From: Coriobacteriia bacterium
GTDB taxonomy: Bacteria > Actinomycetota > Coriobacteriia > WRKU01 > WQUG01
DNA length: 64,000 nt
Direction of reading: 5' to 3'
Assembly (NCBI GenBank): GCA_009785795.1
Contig: WQVN01000002.1
Coordinates: 8,221-72,220 of the forward strand
Numbering within the stretch: the stretch's first letter is position 1; each line of letters starts with the position of its first letter. Shown piece after piece: positions 27,226-36,353 of this stretch. Below the pieces are notes generated by a model. It had not been told where the DNA came from and made no database searches. It saw only the letters and a list, made by a program, of their open reading frames with translations. The translations under genes were made by a program, and so were the position numbers.

Positions 27226-28771
27226 TTGCTGTCACCCCCATCATATATTCGCCCACTTTAGTCATGCTGAGATCTGTTGCAGGTGCAACTTCAAGCATCT
27301 TGCCTGCGTACATGACACCAATGGTATCTGCTAAGTCCATCACTTCATCTAATTCGAGTGATATCAGCAGGATTGCTTTTCCTTTATCGCGCTCATCAAG
27401 AATGCGCTTGCGAATCGACATGATGGCTCCAATGTCCAGACCACGTGTGGGCTGGACAAAGATAAGCAGATCAGCATCTTGTTCAATTTCACGTCCCACA
27501 ATTGCTTTTTGCTGATTGCCACCACTCATGCCGCGAACGGGAGTTTTTGCACCTCGGGCACACCTAATGTCAAAATCTGCGATTAGTTTATCTGCATGAT
27601 CGCTAAATGCTTTCTGGTTGAGTAGTGAGGTTTTGCAATAGGGCGTCTGATAGTATGACCGCAAGGCAAGATTTTGATCAAGGGCAAAATCTAAAATTAA
27701 TCCAACTGACTGACGATCCTCTGGAATGTAGGCAATGCCAGACTCTGTGTGTTTGCGCACATTCAATTTTGCCAAGTCCTGTTCTTTCAGCATCACTTTG
27801 CCCCGCTTGGGCCTTACAAGTCCTGCTATGGTGTCTGCAAGTTCCACTTGTCCGCTGCCACTGACTCCGGCAACTGCAAAAATTTCTCCTGCGCGCACCT
27901 CAAAGCTGACATCGTCAACTCGTGGAAAGCCAGTGCTGTCCTCAACGCGTAAATTCTGCACGGATAAAACAGTTTCTTCAATTTGCTTAGATGGTCGCTT
28001 TGCACTGAACTCGATGTCACGTCCCACCATTTTTGCTGCCATTTTGGCAGGACTGGTGTCTTTTATGTGGCTGACATCAACGAGTTTGCCGCCTGCCAAA
28101 ATGGCACAGCGGTCACAGACTTGCATGACCTCATCCAGCTTGTGAGTGATAAAGATGACGGTCTTGCCTTGACTGCGCAGATTATCGATAACGGTGAGGA
28201 GACTCTCGATTTCCTGTGGGGTGAGCATCGCGGTAGGTTCGTCAAAAATAAGCAATTCTGCATCACGATAGAGCATCTTCAGAATTTCGACACGTTGTTG
28301 GGTAGATACACCAATTTTACTGATTGTGGCACGTGGATCAACTTCTAGTCCGTAGTCTTTTGACAGTTGCTCTATGCGATCTTCTGCGCTCTTAATGTCC
28401 ACGTAAGGAAAGACGCCGAGTGCGCGCTTCTTAGGCTCATCGCCCAAGATGATGTTTTGGGCAACTGTGTAATTGCTGATAAGCTTAAAGTGTTGGTGAA
28501 CCATGCCAATATCTAAGGCAACTGCCTTGTTGGGGGAATCGATATGCACTTTTTTTCCGCGCATGAATATTTGACCTTCATCTGGCTGATATAGTCCAAA
28601 AATCATTGATGCAAGGGTAGACTTACCTGCACCATTTTCACCCAGTATGGCATAGATTTCGCCCTGCTCAATTTCGAGGCTTATAGCATCACAGGCAGTA
28701 ATGCCTGGAAAGTGCTTTGTGACATTTCTCAGCTCTAAAAGTATTTCTTTGTGCTGTTCGTTATGTGACAC
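27218..28771 (-). CDS. ABC transporter ATP-binding protein, duplicated ATPase (NupO/YufO/RbsA-like)
   Basis: Two Walker A sites (GENGAGKST; GVSGSGQ) and two signature regions (VSTQQRVEILK; MSGGNQQKAIVGR). Confidence 0.9.
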   Translation of the reverse strand: MSHNEQHKEILLELRNVTKHFPGITACDAISLEIEQGEIYAILGENGAGKSTLASMIFGLYQPDEGQIFMRGKKVHIDSPNKAVALDIGMVHQHFKLISNYTVAQNIILGDEPKKRALGVFPYVDIKSAEDRIEQLSKDYGLEVDPRATISKIGVSTQQRVEILKMLYRDAELLIFDEPTAMLTPQEIESLLTVIDNLRSQGKTVIFITHKLDEVMQVCDRCAILAGGKLVDVSHIKDTSPAKMAAKMVGRDIEFSAKRPSKQIEETVLSVQNLRVEDSTGFPRVDDVSFEVRAGEIFAVAGVSGSGQVELADTIAGLVRPKRGKVMLKEQDLAKLNVRKHTESGIAYIPEDRQSVGLILDFALDQNLALRSYYQTPYCKTSLLNQKAFSDHADKLIADFDIRCARGAKTPVRGMSGGNQQKAIVGREIEQDADLLIFVQPTRGLDIGAIMSIRKRILDERDKGKAILLISLELDEVMDLADTIGVMYAGKMLEVAPATDLSMTKVGEYMMGVTAND

Positions 28772-28842
28772 AGATATTGCTCCCCCTACAGCTTAGTTGA
28801 GCCAGTAACTTCCGCATGGCAACACACCAAATAACACGCAAT

Positions 28843-28873
28843 GAAAAAGGCGACACCCTATAGATGTCGCCTT
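28843..28873 (-). terminator. Intra-operon hairpin with T-run (partial terminator or RNA-stability element) after the binding-protein gene
   Basis: AAGGCGACA (28847-28855) pairs with TGTCGCCTT (28865-28873). On the minus strand the stem is followed by TTTTT (A-run 28844-28848 on plus). Confidence 0.5.
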
Positions 28874-28903
28874 AATTTTAGCACTTCTTAAGGTGCCTAA
28901 CGA

Positions 28904-30055
28904 TTAGAGACCAGGGAAATCTGTCGGGTCAATCTCGTTAAAGTTTGAAGCAGGAACAATGGTACCAGCTTTCACGGCATCAAATGCATCATTGATAGCG
29001 TCAATAGTTGCTGCATCTAGCTGCTGTGAACCGTCATAAGTTACGAGGCCTGTTGAATCCTCTGCAGCAGTCAAGACGTAGTTGCCACCCATAAAGGCAT
29101 CATTAGCGATGTCGCTCAATACGCGCACTACATTGATGTCGATAACTTTGAGCGCGCTGGTTAGCACGATGTTGCGGTCACCGTCTTCACCCAGATGCCA
29201 CTGGTCAACGTCACAACCAATAACCCACACATCGGTAGTTTCTTTTGCAGCAGTAAACGCTCCATTTCCAGAGCCACCAGCTGCAACAAATAGAACATCT
29301 ACATCTGCAGCAATCAGAGCTTCTGCAACAACTTTGCCCTGTGCTTCGTCGTTGAAGGCCCCTACGTAGTTGCCTGCAATGTCAACGCCGCGGACATCGG
29401 TACCACCAAATTGTGAAAGATTAACAATCTCGGCATTTGCGTCTAGGTTAGAATTTGCGTATTCAACACCACTGATGAAGCCAAAGTGGTAGTTAACTAC
29501 AGGAGGAATTGCCATGCCTCCAATAAAGCCAACCTTGCCTGTTTCTGTTTCCATGGCAGCAGCAATTCCTGCGAGGAAGCCACTCTCTTGCTCGGCGAAC
29601 TGCATTGCGTATACGTTGTCGAGTACAACGGGATCATCTCCACCTTCTGGATCAGCAGGGAAAATGTCAATCAAGATGAAATAGGTGTCAGGATTGTTTT
29701 GAGCAACTTCTGTGATTCCTGCAAATTGGAATCCAGCAAGTACTGCAACGTCGTAGTCAGCAACAACCTGCCCAACTGCAGCTACGGCATTATCCATATC
29801 TGGTTCTAGAACATGATGTACTGTTGAGTCGGGGTTCATCGAGATAAAATCTTGAATGCCCTCATAAGCAGTCTGGTTAAACGATCCGTCATCTACGCCA
29901 GATGGACTGGTAACGATAACAATGTTTAAAGCCTCTGCTGCAGGTGCAGCGGTATCTTCTCCGTTGGTATCACCATTTGTGTCGTCGCCACAAGCAACAA
30001 GACCCAAGGTGAGTACCAGTGCAAATGCGATTAGCAGCACTTTCTTCCAGTTCAT
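28904..30055 (-). CDS. BMP family (PnrA/TmpC/NupN-like) nucleoside-binding lipoprotein
   Basis: Lipobox LGLVAC after a signal peptide. The mature protein has BMP-family blocks (VTSPSGVDDGSFNQ, FIGGMAIPPV, VIGCDVDQ). Confidence 0.85.
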   Translation of the reverse strand: MNWKKVLLIAFALVLTLGLVACGDDTNGDTNGEDTAAPAAEALNIVIVTSPSGVDDGSFNQTAYEGIQDFISMNPDSTVHHVLEPDMDNAVAAVGQVVADYDVAVLAGFQFAGITEVAQNNPDTYFILIDIFPADPEGGDDPVVLDNVYAMQFAEQESGFLAGIAAAMETETGKVGFIGGMAIPPVVNYHFGFISGVEYANSNLDANAEIVNLSQFGGTDVRGVDIAGNYVGAFNDEAQGKVVAEALIAADVDVLFVAAGGSGNGAFTAAKETTDVWVIGCDVDQWHLGEDGDRNIVLTSALKVIDINVVRVLSDIANDAFMGGNYVLTAAEDSTGLVTYDGSQQLDAATIDAINDAFDAVKAGTIVPASNFNEIDPTDFPGL

Positions 30056-30278
30056 ACAAATCCTCCTTACGCATCAATGCGCATCTTTAATTGCACCAGA
30101 CCTTTTCTGGTGCAAATCGTTAATTAGATTGTAGCGCACTGGACACAAAAACAGGGAAATTTGCTATAACAATTTTTGAGATTAGAGGCTACGCTTGAGC
30201 ATGCTGTACTAGCTGTGGATTTAATCGCGTCCTGACAATTTTTATGCGCTGCTTAATCACCGCTTCATTCAAAATTAA

Positions 30279-30308
30279 CCTTCTTTTCATCAGTTTTTAA
30301 TAAGAAGG
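30279..30308 (-). terminator. Possible terminator of the MBL hydrolase gene
   Basis: CCTTCTT (30279-30285) pairs with AAGAAGG (30302-30308). The minus-strand stem is followed by a T-rich TTAATTTT. The 16 nt loop is long, so this is weak. Confidence 0.3.
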
Positions 30309-30410
30309 CATACCTTACCAAACATTGATATCAAGTGTCATCCATCGTTACCTGAACAGAACCCTCGTTGATGAGGATGCCGTTCGCCATGCTGTTCGCA
30401 TACTAAAGGA

Positions 30411-31061
30411 TTAGGCTGGCCACCAGGAATTTGCTGCTGCCTCACGCTCAATTGTGGTTGACGGTCCATGTCCAGGATATACTTTTGTCTGTGGATCAAG
30501 TTCGTGTGCGATTCGCTCAATCGAGGCTTCCATGTCTTCTGGACTGCCTCCCAAAAGATCAGTGCGTCCAATATCGCGAGCAAACAAGGTATCTCCGCTA
30601 AAGTAGTGTTTTTGGTCAGGCTCTGACGGGTCATAAATCAAATAGCCAACACTTCCCTGTGTGTGACCCGGTGTCAACATGACCTCGACACGCAAGCCTG
30701 CAAGGTCAAGCACATCACCATCATTTACCTGAAAATCAATACGTGGCACTTCGACCTTAATCCCGTAGCGCTCTTCGATGTCTGCGACTAATTGCGGGCA
30801 AGTGGCAAGCTCTGCTTCAGACATATACAAATAGGAACTGGTTTCGTCAGCAACTTCGTCGGCAGCACCTATGTGATCAAAATGACCATGTGTAAGCAGT
30901 ACCGCAGCAACAGGACGCTCGTTTACTGCAGCAAGAATCTTGTCAGCCTCTGATCCGGGATCAACAACAATTAGTAGGTTGCGTCCATCACTGTCAGATA
31001 CACCTTCAATTATCCAGGTATTTGTTCGCAGTTCTCCCACAACAACTCTATTCACTTTCAT
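30411..31061 (-). CDS. MBL-fold metallo-hydrolase (glyoxalase II-like)
   Basis: LLTHGHFDHIG metal-binding motif, TPGHTQGS and PGHGP. Confidence 0.8.
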   Translation of the reverse strand: MKVNRVVVGELRTNTWIIEGVSDSDGRNLLIVVDPGSEADKILAAVNERPVAAVLLTHGHFDHIGAADEVADETSSYLYMSEAELATCPQLVADIEERYGIKVEVPRIDFQVNDGDVLDLAGLRVEVMLTPGHTQGSVGYLIYDPSEPDQKHYFSGDTLFARDIGRTDLLGGSPEDMEASIERIAHELDPQTKVYPGHGPSTTIEREAAANSWWPA

Positions 31062-31092
31062 TGTGCACTCCTTCTTGCCACTTAAGAATTAC

Positions 31093-32163
31093 TTAAGATT
31101 GTATCCAGGGATTTCGAGGAACATCCTCATCATTGTCGCTACTGCTATTGTCACTGTCATTCGCGTCAGCAATGGGATGTTTAAAGCTGTTTGCTGTTGG
31201 TGGCGCAACAATTGCCGCAACAGGTTCAGGTGGTGGTTCAATTTCAGATATTGGTTGCGTTTGCCTAAATAGCAGTATAGTACTTCCGACCAAAATAATT
31301 GTGCCCCCTGCAATGGACAGTATGAGTATCTGCAAGGTATCACCTGTGAGCCATACCATAGTAAAGCTGGTGGCGTTTACTCCTACATGTGTCAGGATGG
31401 AGGCATATACGCTACGCGTTCGCAAAGCAACCCAAGCAAAAATGAGCCCTAACAGCGTTGCTATCAGTATCCATGCGGCTGTTCCGTGCAGTACACCAAA
31501 AACAACTGAGCTGAATACTATAGAAGGTCCTAATGATACGGTGCGGCGCAATTCGTTCATCATGAAGCCACGAAAGATGATTTCTTCTGCGATTGGAACA
31601 ATGGTAGAGGCAGCAATCGCCATGAATATAGATCCCATAAGCATTGCCTGCGCCTCAATGGTAGCGGGATCGTTCAAAAACTCAAGTCCAGGAAGTGCAA
31701 GGACTGAATTAAATGATAGAGATAATCCAATACCCAGCATCAGTGAAAAAAGTAAAACGGTGGGTCTTGCTGGATTAAGTCCAGCAAATTTGCGCAGACT
31801 GAAGCCACGCTTTTTTACTATGAAAGCACAAATAAGTACCGCTGCAGTAAAGCCAACGATTGTTATCCATGGAAGAGCTAAAGGCAATTGGGTTTCGAAT
31901 GTGTGTGCCATGAATTCGGTCATAGCAGATTCGTCAGCTAAATCTAAAGTTTCTGCAGATGCGGCACGCACTGCACGGTTAGTAACGATGGATCCCATTA
32001 TCATAAGTCCTGCAATTATCTGTGCGACCATAAAGATGATTACATATACAAGCGTAAAGAGTAGTGCAGAGCGAAGTCGAGGTCTATTCATGTTTGGTTC
32101 TATGCCTTGCGGTGTACCGTCTGCCAAAACTTCCTCCAACTTGCTTGTATGTGGATTATTCAA
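31093..32163 (-). CDS. CPBP family intramembrane glutamic endopeptidase (CAAX protease-like)
   Basis: Motif 1 PIAEEIIFRGF, motif 2 FGVLHG, and a third His motif ILTHVGVN, all in a polytopic membrane protein with an acidic C-terminal tail. Confidence 0.75.
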   Translation of the reverse strand: MNNPHTSKLEEVLADGTPQGIEPNMNRPRLRSALLFTLVYVIIFMVAQIIAGLMIMGSIVTNRAVRAASAETLDLADESAMTEFMAHTFETQLPLALPWITIVGFTAAVLICAFIVKKRGFSLRKFAGLNPARPTVLLFSLMLGIGLSLSFNSVLALPGLEFLNDPATIEAQAMLMGSIFMAIAASTIVPIAEEIIFRGFMMNELRRTVSLGPSIVFSSVVFGVLHGTAAWILIATLLGLIFAWVALRTRSVYASILTHVGVNATSFTMVWLTGDTLQILILSIAGGTIILVGSTILLFRQTQPISEIEPPPEPVAAIVAPPTANSFKHPIADANDSDNSSSDNDEDVPRNPWIQS

Positions 32164-32416
32164 ATTTCCTTCTAGTAAATGGTACTATATTGCCTACCTT
32201 ATTTGCGTGAGGGCATTTCTGTCATTCTGACACCATTATTTGTCGATTTTGCGAGTGATATTGTTTTTGTAACAGCCAATGTTGTATACTGGTGAGCAGC
32301 AATATCAGCTTTAGGCCTAGCAGTAGGTCTAGAGTTGCGTTTGATGTGAGCTTGGTATTCGCGATTTAGTGCATGTATATGTAGTAGCGTGGAGCAAGGT
32401 GAGGAGACTTCACAAG

Positions 32417-34027
32417 ATGGCAAAGCCTGTAAAGACACCGCGTGTTAGCGGACGTGTTTCTAAAAGATCTAAGTTTGTGCTACTTATCGTAGCTGTTTTA
32501 CTTCTCGCACTACCCCTATTTGCCGCGGCAAATTCTGATGCATTGCAATCTGTTATTGTGCAGGCGCAACAGTCAGTTCAGACACAGACACAGCTGCCAG
32601 TAGATATTGTTCCTGCAGTTTATGATGAACCTGTACCGCTTGAGTCAGGCATTGTCGCACTAAGTGCAAGTTTGGGTGCAAGTGTAGAGCCTGCAGGTAC
32701 CAACATTCCAGTAAATAGATCCACAATAGTTGTTACATTTAGCGAGGCAGTTAATCCAGCAGTAGCAGGAACAGTTACCCTAAATGGCACAGCACTTGCA
32801 GGTGGAGTTTGGTCAGCAGGCAATACGGTTCGTACTTTCACTTTGCCAAATATAGCTACTGGACGTACGCTTGACTACAGAACTCGCTATGATGTAGTGG
32901 TGAGCGGATTTGAAGCTGCCGGTGGCGGAACTATGGAGCGCAATGCTACAGGTGCCTTTGTTACCGTTATGGGAGACACTGCAGACCTCGTAATAAGCAA
33001 AGCTCTCGTCCAGCCACAAGGTACAATCGTTCCAACATATACCTTCAACTTTGTCATTAACAGGCACTCGCTCAATGGAAGCACCGCAACAGCGGCAGTA
33101 AACACAATGCCAGACATCTCTAATAGATCTATTGCATTTCCTGGTACGGGAACTCCTGTAGTTAGTGGAGCTACTCAAACAACAACAAATCTCTCTACCT
33201 TCCTTTTGGACGGTGTTACTTTCCCTCATGCTGGAGTCTTTGCATATAGAGTTACTGAAACTGCAGGCTCTAATGCTCAGATGACTTACGATACCCGTGA
33301 GTTTGAAGTGCGCTTCTTAGTTGCAAATATGCCAGATCCTGATACAAGAATTTTTGTATCTGCCGTGCAAATAGTACAAGTAGTGGGAGGAACAGCTCCA
33401 ACAGATAATCCTGCAGCTAAGCTAAATACCTTAACCTTTAGTAATACCTATACACCAGCAGCAGCCGAGTTGAGAGTTTCAAAACAAGTTACAGGACAGT
33501 ATGGTAACTTGGTGAGAAACTTCAGCTTCTCTATTACGGTATCTGCACCTGCTGCAATTACAGGTACTCCACCAACATATACTGCGGTAGTCTATAACAC
33601 AGCTACCAATACTCCTGTATCGCCCGCTAGAAGCTACACCTTTACTTCTGGTGTTGCACAAACAGTACTTCTCAGACATGGTCAAGACCTGCGCTTTACT
33701 GAACTACATCCAGGCGGTACCTTTACTGTTACAGAAACTGGTGTTGCCAACTACACGCCAACAGCTGTCGTTACTGCAAATGCAATACCTGTGACAGGGT
33801 CACCCTTTACTGCAGGAGTAGGACAAAACTTGACTGTGCCAGCACAAACAATCTCACAAGATCCTAATGTCGCAGCATTTACCAATGCTAATCAGCTGCT
33901 TCCTGTAACGGGACTTGTTTCTGGAGACTCAAACGCACTCCTTGTCTTTGCTGCCGTTATTGGATTGGTGCTACTGTTAAGTGCATCTGCGAGCAAGCGT
34001 AAACGCAATACAAGTGAGATAAGCTAA
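32417..34027 (+). CDS. LPXTG (LPVTG) cell-wall-anchored surface protein with pilin-type isopeptide domains
   Basis: Signal peptide. An N-terminal Ig-like segment (TIVVTFSEAVNP...VTLNG). Two FctA/Spy0128-like domains with Lys/Glu/Asn triads (VISKAL / YRVTETAG / TFSNTY and RVSKQV / TVTETG / AFTNA). The C-terminus has LPVTG, a hydrophobic helix and KRKRN. GAGGAG RBS lies before ATG 32417. Confidence 0.8.
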   Translation: MAKPVKTPRVSGRVSKRSKFVLLIVAVLLLALPLFAAANSDALQSVIVQAQQSVQTQTQLPVDIVPAVYDEPVPLESGIVALSASLGASVEPAGTNIPVNRSTIVVTFSEAVNPAVAGTVTLNGTALAGGVWSAGNTVRTFTLPNIATGRTLDYRTRYDVVVSGFEAAGGGTMERNATGAFVTVMGDTADLVISKALVQPQGTIVPTYTFNFVINRHSLNGSTATAAVNTMPDISNRSIAFPGTGTPVVSGATQTTTNLSTFLLDGVTFPHAGVFAYRVTETAGSNAQMTYDTREFEVRFLVANMPDPDTRIFVSAVQIVQVVGGTAPTDNPAAKLNTLTFSNTYTPAAAELRVSKQVTGQYGNLVRNFSFSITVSAPAAITGTPPTYTAVVYNTATNTPVSPARSYTFTSGVAQTVLLRHGQDLRFTELHPGGTFTVTETGVANYTPTAVVTANAIPVTGSPFTAGVGQNLTVPAQTISQDPNVAAFTNANQLLPVTGLVSGDSNALLVFAAVIGLVLLLSASASKRKRNTSEIS

Positions 34028-34057
34028 GAGAGCGAGCGTATCAACTCTTAATAGTGA

Positions 34058-34085
34058 GGGGCAGGCATACCGTCTGCCCCTTTTC
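34058..34085 (+). terminator. Rho-independent terminator
   Basis: GGGGCAG (34058-34064) pairs with CTGCCCC (34074-34080), followed by TTTT. Confidence 0.6.
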
Positions 34086-34138
34086 AATGTTTAGAACAAC
34101 AGGAGCGTTTTAGCCAAAAGTTATGTACAATTGTCAGC

Positions 34139-35149
34139 ATGAAACCTATTAAGCACACAGACAGCGGAGCAGCTGTCGAGGATATTCAGCGCAGGTTGCG
34201 CATTCTAGGCTACAAGATTGGCTCAGAGGACAGTAGTGGCGTCTTTTTGGATGACACCCTTGCTGCGGTCACTGCTTTTCAGCGTGCGCATGGCATAGAG
34301 CCTACGGGGTCTGTGGGACCGCGCACATGGTCGACATTGGTAGACAGTACCTTTGAGCTGGGTGATCGCATGCTGTATTTGCGCATGCCTTATTTTCATG
34401 GTGCAGATGTAGTTCAACTGCAGCGTGCCCTTGACTCGCTGGGCTTTGTAACTGGTGGTGCAGATGGCATCTTTGGAGCAAACACAGAGCGTGCGGTAAC
34501 CGAATTTCAGCAAAATTATGACATCAATTCTGATGGCTTGGTGGGCAATAATACCTTGCGTGCCCTGTTGGGACTGCGCCATATCTGGGGAGGCAAAGAA
34601 GGAGCAGCACATTCGTCTGCACAGGGATCGCCTCGCAAACAATATCGTGCACTGCTTGACTACTATTTTGACTTTCAAGCTGATCTCCAGACAGATAGCT
34701 CAAATGGCAACCCCAGCGTTCAGGCAGCACTGCGCCGCATTGTGCGCTATGCGAATAACCTTGAAGAGGCTGCGCGCGCAGAAGTGATGAAAAATGGTAC
34801 ATCATCTGCACTGCAGACAACAATCTTGGTTCATGTGCGTGCTAACAATGGGTCAGAAGGTGCCAGCTTGAGCTCTGAGAGCATTGCTGATGAACTGAAT
34901 TTTGCCTACCAAGATGATAGTGGAAAATTTACTGCCATTCTGCGTGATGGCTTGGTTGATGTCAAGCAAAAAATGGAGAAGGAAAAAACCTTGAAGTCTG
35001 CGACGCAGTCCCAGTCTCCTGTTTGTGAGCTGCACGTAGTCATACCTCGCAATTTGCTACAATCAGGGTCGCAGACCAGTTTACCGCCACAGCTGCAGAT
35101 TAGAGCTGCACGATTACTGGACGCACTCTGCCTTGCGATGAGTACGTAA
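34139..35149 (+). CDS. Peptidoglycan-binding (PG_binding_1 x2) domain protein
   Basis: Two repeats of the PGRP-type binding motif (G.AVEDIQRRLRILGY...DG.F...T..AV..FQ...G....G..G..T) at aa ~9-67 and ~88-145. The C-terminal ~190 aa are unassigned. There is no signal peptide or TM. Confidence 0.6.
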   Translation: MKPIKHTDSGAAVEDIQRRLRILGYKIGSEDSSGVFLDDTLAAVTAFQRAHGIEPTGSVGPRTWSTLVDSTFELGDRMLYLRMPYFHGADVVQLQRALDSLGFVTGGADGIFGANTERAVTEFQQNYDINSDGLVGNNTLRALLGLRHIWGGKEGAAHSSAQGSPRKQYRALLDYYFDFQADLQTDSSNGNPSVQAALRRIVRYANNLEEAARAEVMKNGTSSALQTTILVHVRANNGSEGASLSSESIADELNFAYQDDSGKFTAILRDGLVDVKQKMEKEKTLKSATQSQSPVCELHVVIPRNLLQSGSQTSLPPQLQIRAARLLDALCLAMST

Positions 35150-35208
35150 GGTTTGCTAGACTGGATAGTTAGAGTAATGTATGAAAGTGCACTCAAAGGG
35201 TAAATTTA

Positions 35209-36267
35209 ATGTCTGATAAGCGCATTGTGACAAAGAAAATAATTGCATTTTTGTTGAGCTCTCTGTTGCTGGGGGCTTCAATGGCGCCTGTTATTGCGGG
35301 TGCAAATCCGACCCTGCAAGAACGACAGGAGCAGGCTCGTCAAGTTGCCGCAGAAGTGGCAGAGCTTGATCGCCAGCTAGGAATTGCAAGTGATGACTAC
35401 AACGAAGCGCGAGAAGCCTATGGCGCAGCTATTGAGCGTCGTGAAGAAGCTGATGAGCGTCTTGAGGAAACACAAGCACGTCTTGAAGTTGTGCAATTGC
35501 ACCTAAATACACGTGCGGCAGAAGCTTATCGCAACAGTAATTCTGGTGGCATTCTTGAAGTCTTGCTAGGTGCAACTTCTTTCCAGGAATTCGCAGGGCT
35601 ATGGGCACTGCTTGATGACTTGAATCGCAGTGATGCAGCAAACTCAGCAGAACTGAAGGAGTTGCGTGCCGAGATTGAAGAACTGCGCGAAGAGTTGCTT
35701 GCAATTGAAGCAGAGGCAAAAGAACAAAGTGATCGCATGCTTGAGGCACGTGAACGCGCAGAACGGGATCTGGCAAGCCGTCAGACAGCGTTGCGCGGCA
35801 TTGAAGCAGAAGTGCGCGAATTGCAGCGACAACAAGAAGAAGCAGCACGACGTGCAGCAGCAGAACGTGCGCAATCGACGACTTTCCGTAGCGGCGGACA
35901 ATCATTTCCAACTCCCACACGTGCATCGCGCAGTGAGGTTGTTAACATTGCACGACAGTATCTGGGAACTCCCTATCAGTGGGGAGGAAATGGTCCAAAC
36001 TCTTTTGACTGTTCTGGATTTACCAGTTACGTGTTTCGACAGGTTGGCATTAATCTGCCTCGTACAAGTCGTGCGCAAATCAACGCTGGTCAACGTGTGA
36101 GCAGAGCCGATATCCAGCCAGGCGACTTGGTGTTCTTTGGGGATCCTATCTGGCACGTAGGAATTTATGTTGGTGGGGGACAGATGATTCACTCGCCCAG
36201 ACCCGGACAGAGTGTCAGCTTTGCGTCAGCGTTCTGCAATAATTTTGTAGGAGCGACTCGACCGTAG
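35209..36267 (+). CDS. NlpC/P60 family peptidoglycan endopeptidase with N-terminal coiled coil (RipA/CwlO-like)
   Basis: Signal peptide, a long E/R/A-rich coiled coil, and a C-terminal YLGTPYQWGGNGPNSFDCSGFTSYVF...HVGIYVGGGQMIHSP catalytic domain (Cys-His). Confidence 0.85.
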   Translation: MSDKRIVTKKIIAFLLSSLLLGASMAPVIAGANPTLQERQEQARQVAAEVAELDRQLGIASDDYNEAREAYGAAIERREEADERLEETQARLEVVQLHLNTRAAEAYRNSNSGGILEVLLGATSFQEFAGLWALLDDLNRSDAANSAELKELRAEIEELREELLAIEAEAKEQSDRMLEARERAERDLASRQTALRGIEAEVRELQRQQEEAARRAAAERAQSTTFRSGGQSFPTPTRASRSEVVNIARQYLGTPYQWGGNGPNSFDCSGFTSYVFRQVGINLPRTSRAQINAGQRVSRADIQPGDLVFFGDPIWHVGIYVGGGQMIHSPRPGQSVSFASAFCNNFVGATRP

Positions 36268-36353
36268 CAAGATTGCTCGTAAGGTGCAGTCTAAAAGGCT
36301 TGAGTCAAGAACTTAGACAGTAGCGGTCCGATTGCTTTGAAGGTTAGGTAGCT

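Noticed and set aside
31133-32230. A 365 aa plus-strand ORF.
   Set aside because: It is a shadow ORF antisense to the CPBP protease gene. The minus-strand product carries the diagnostic EEIIFRGF / FGVLHG / H...N motifs, while the plus-strand product is low-complexity with no motifs.
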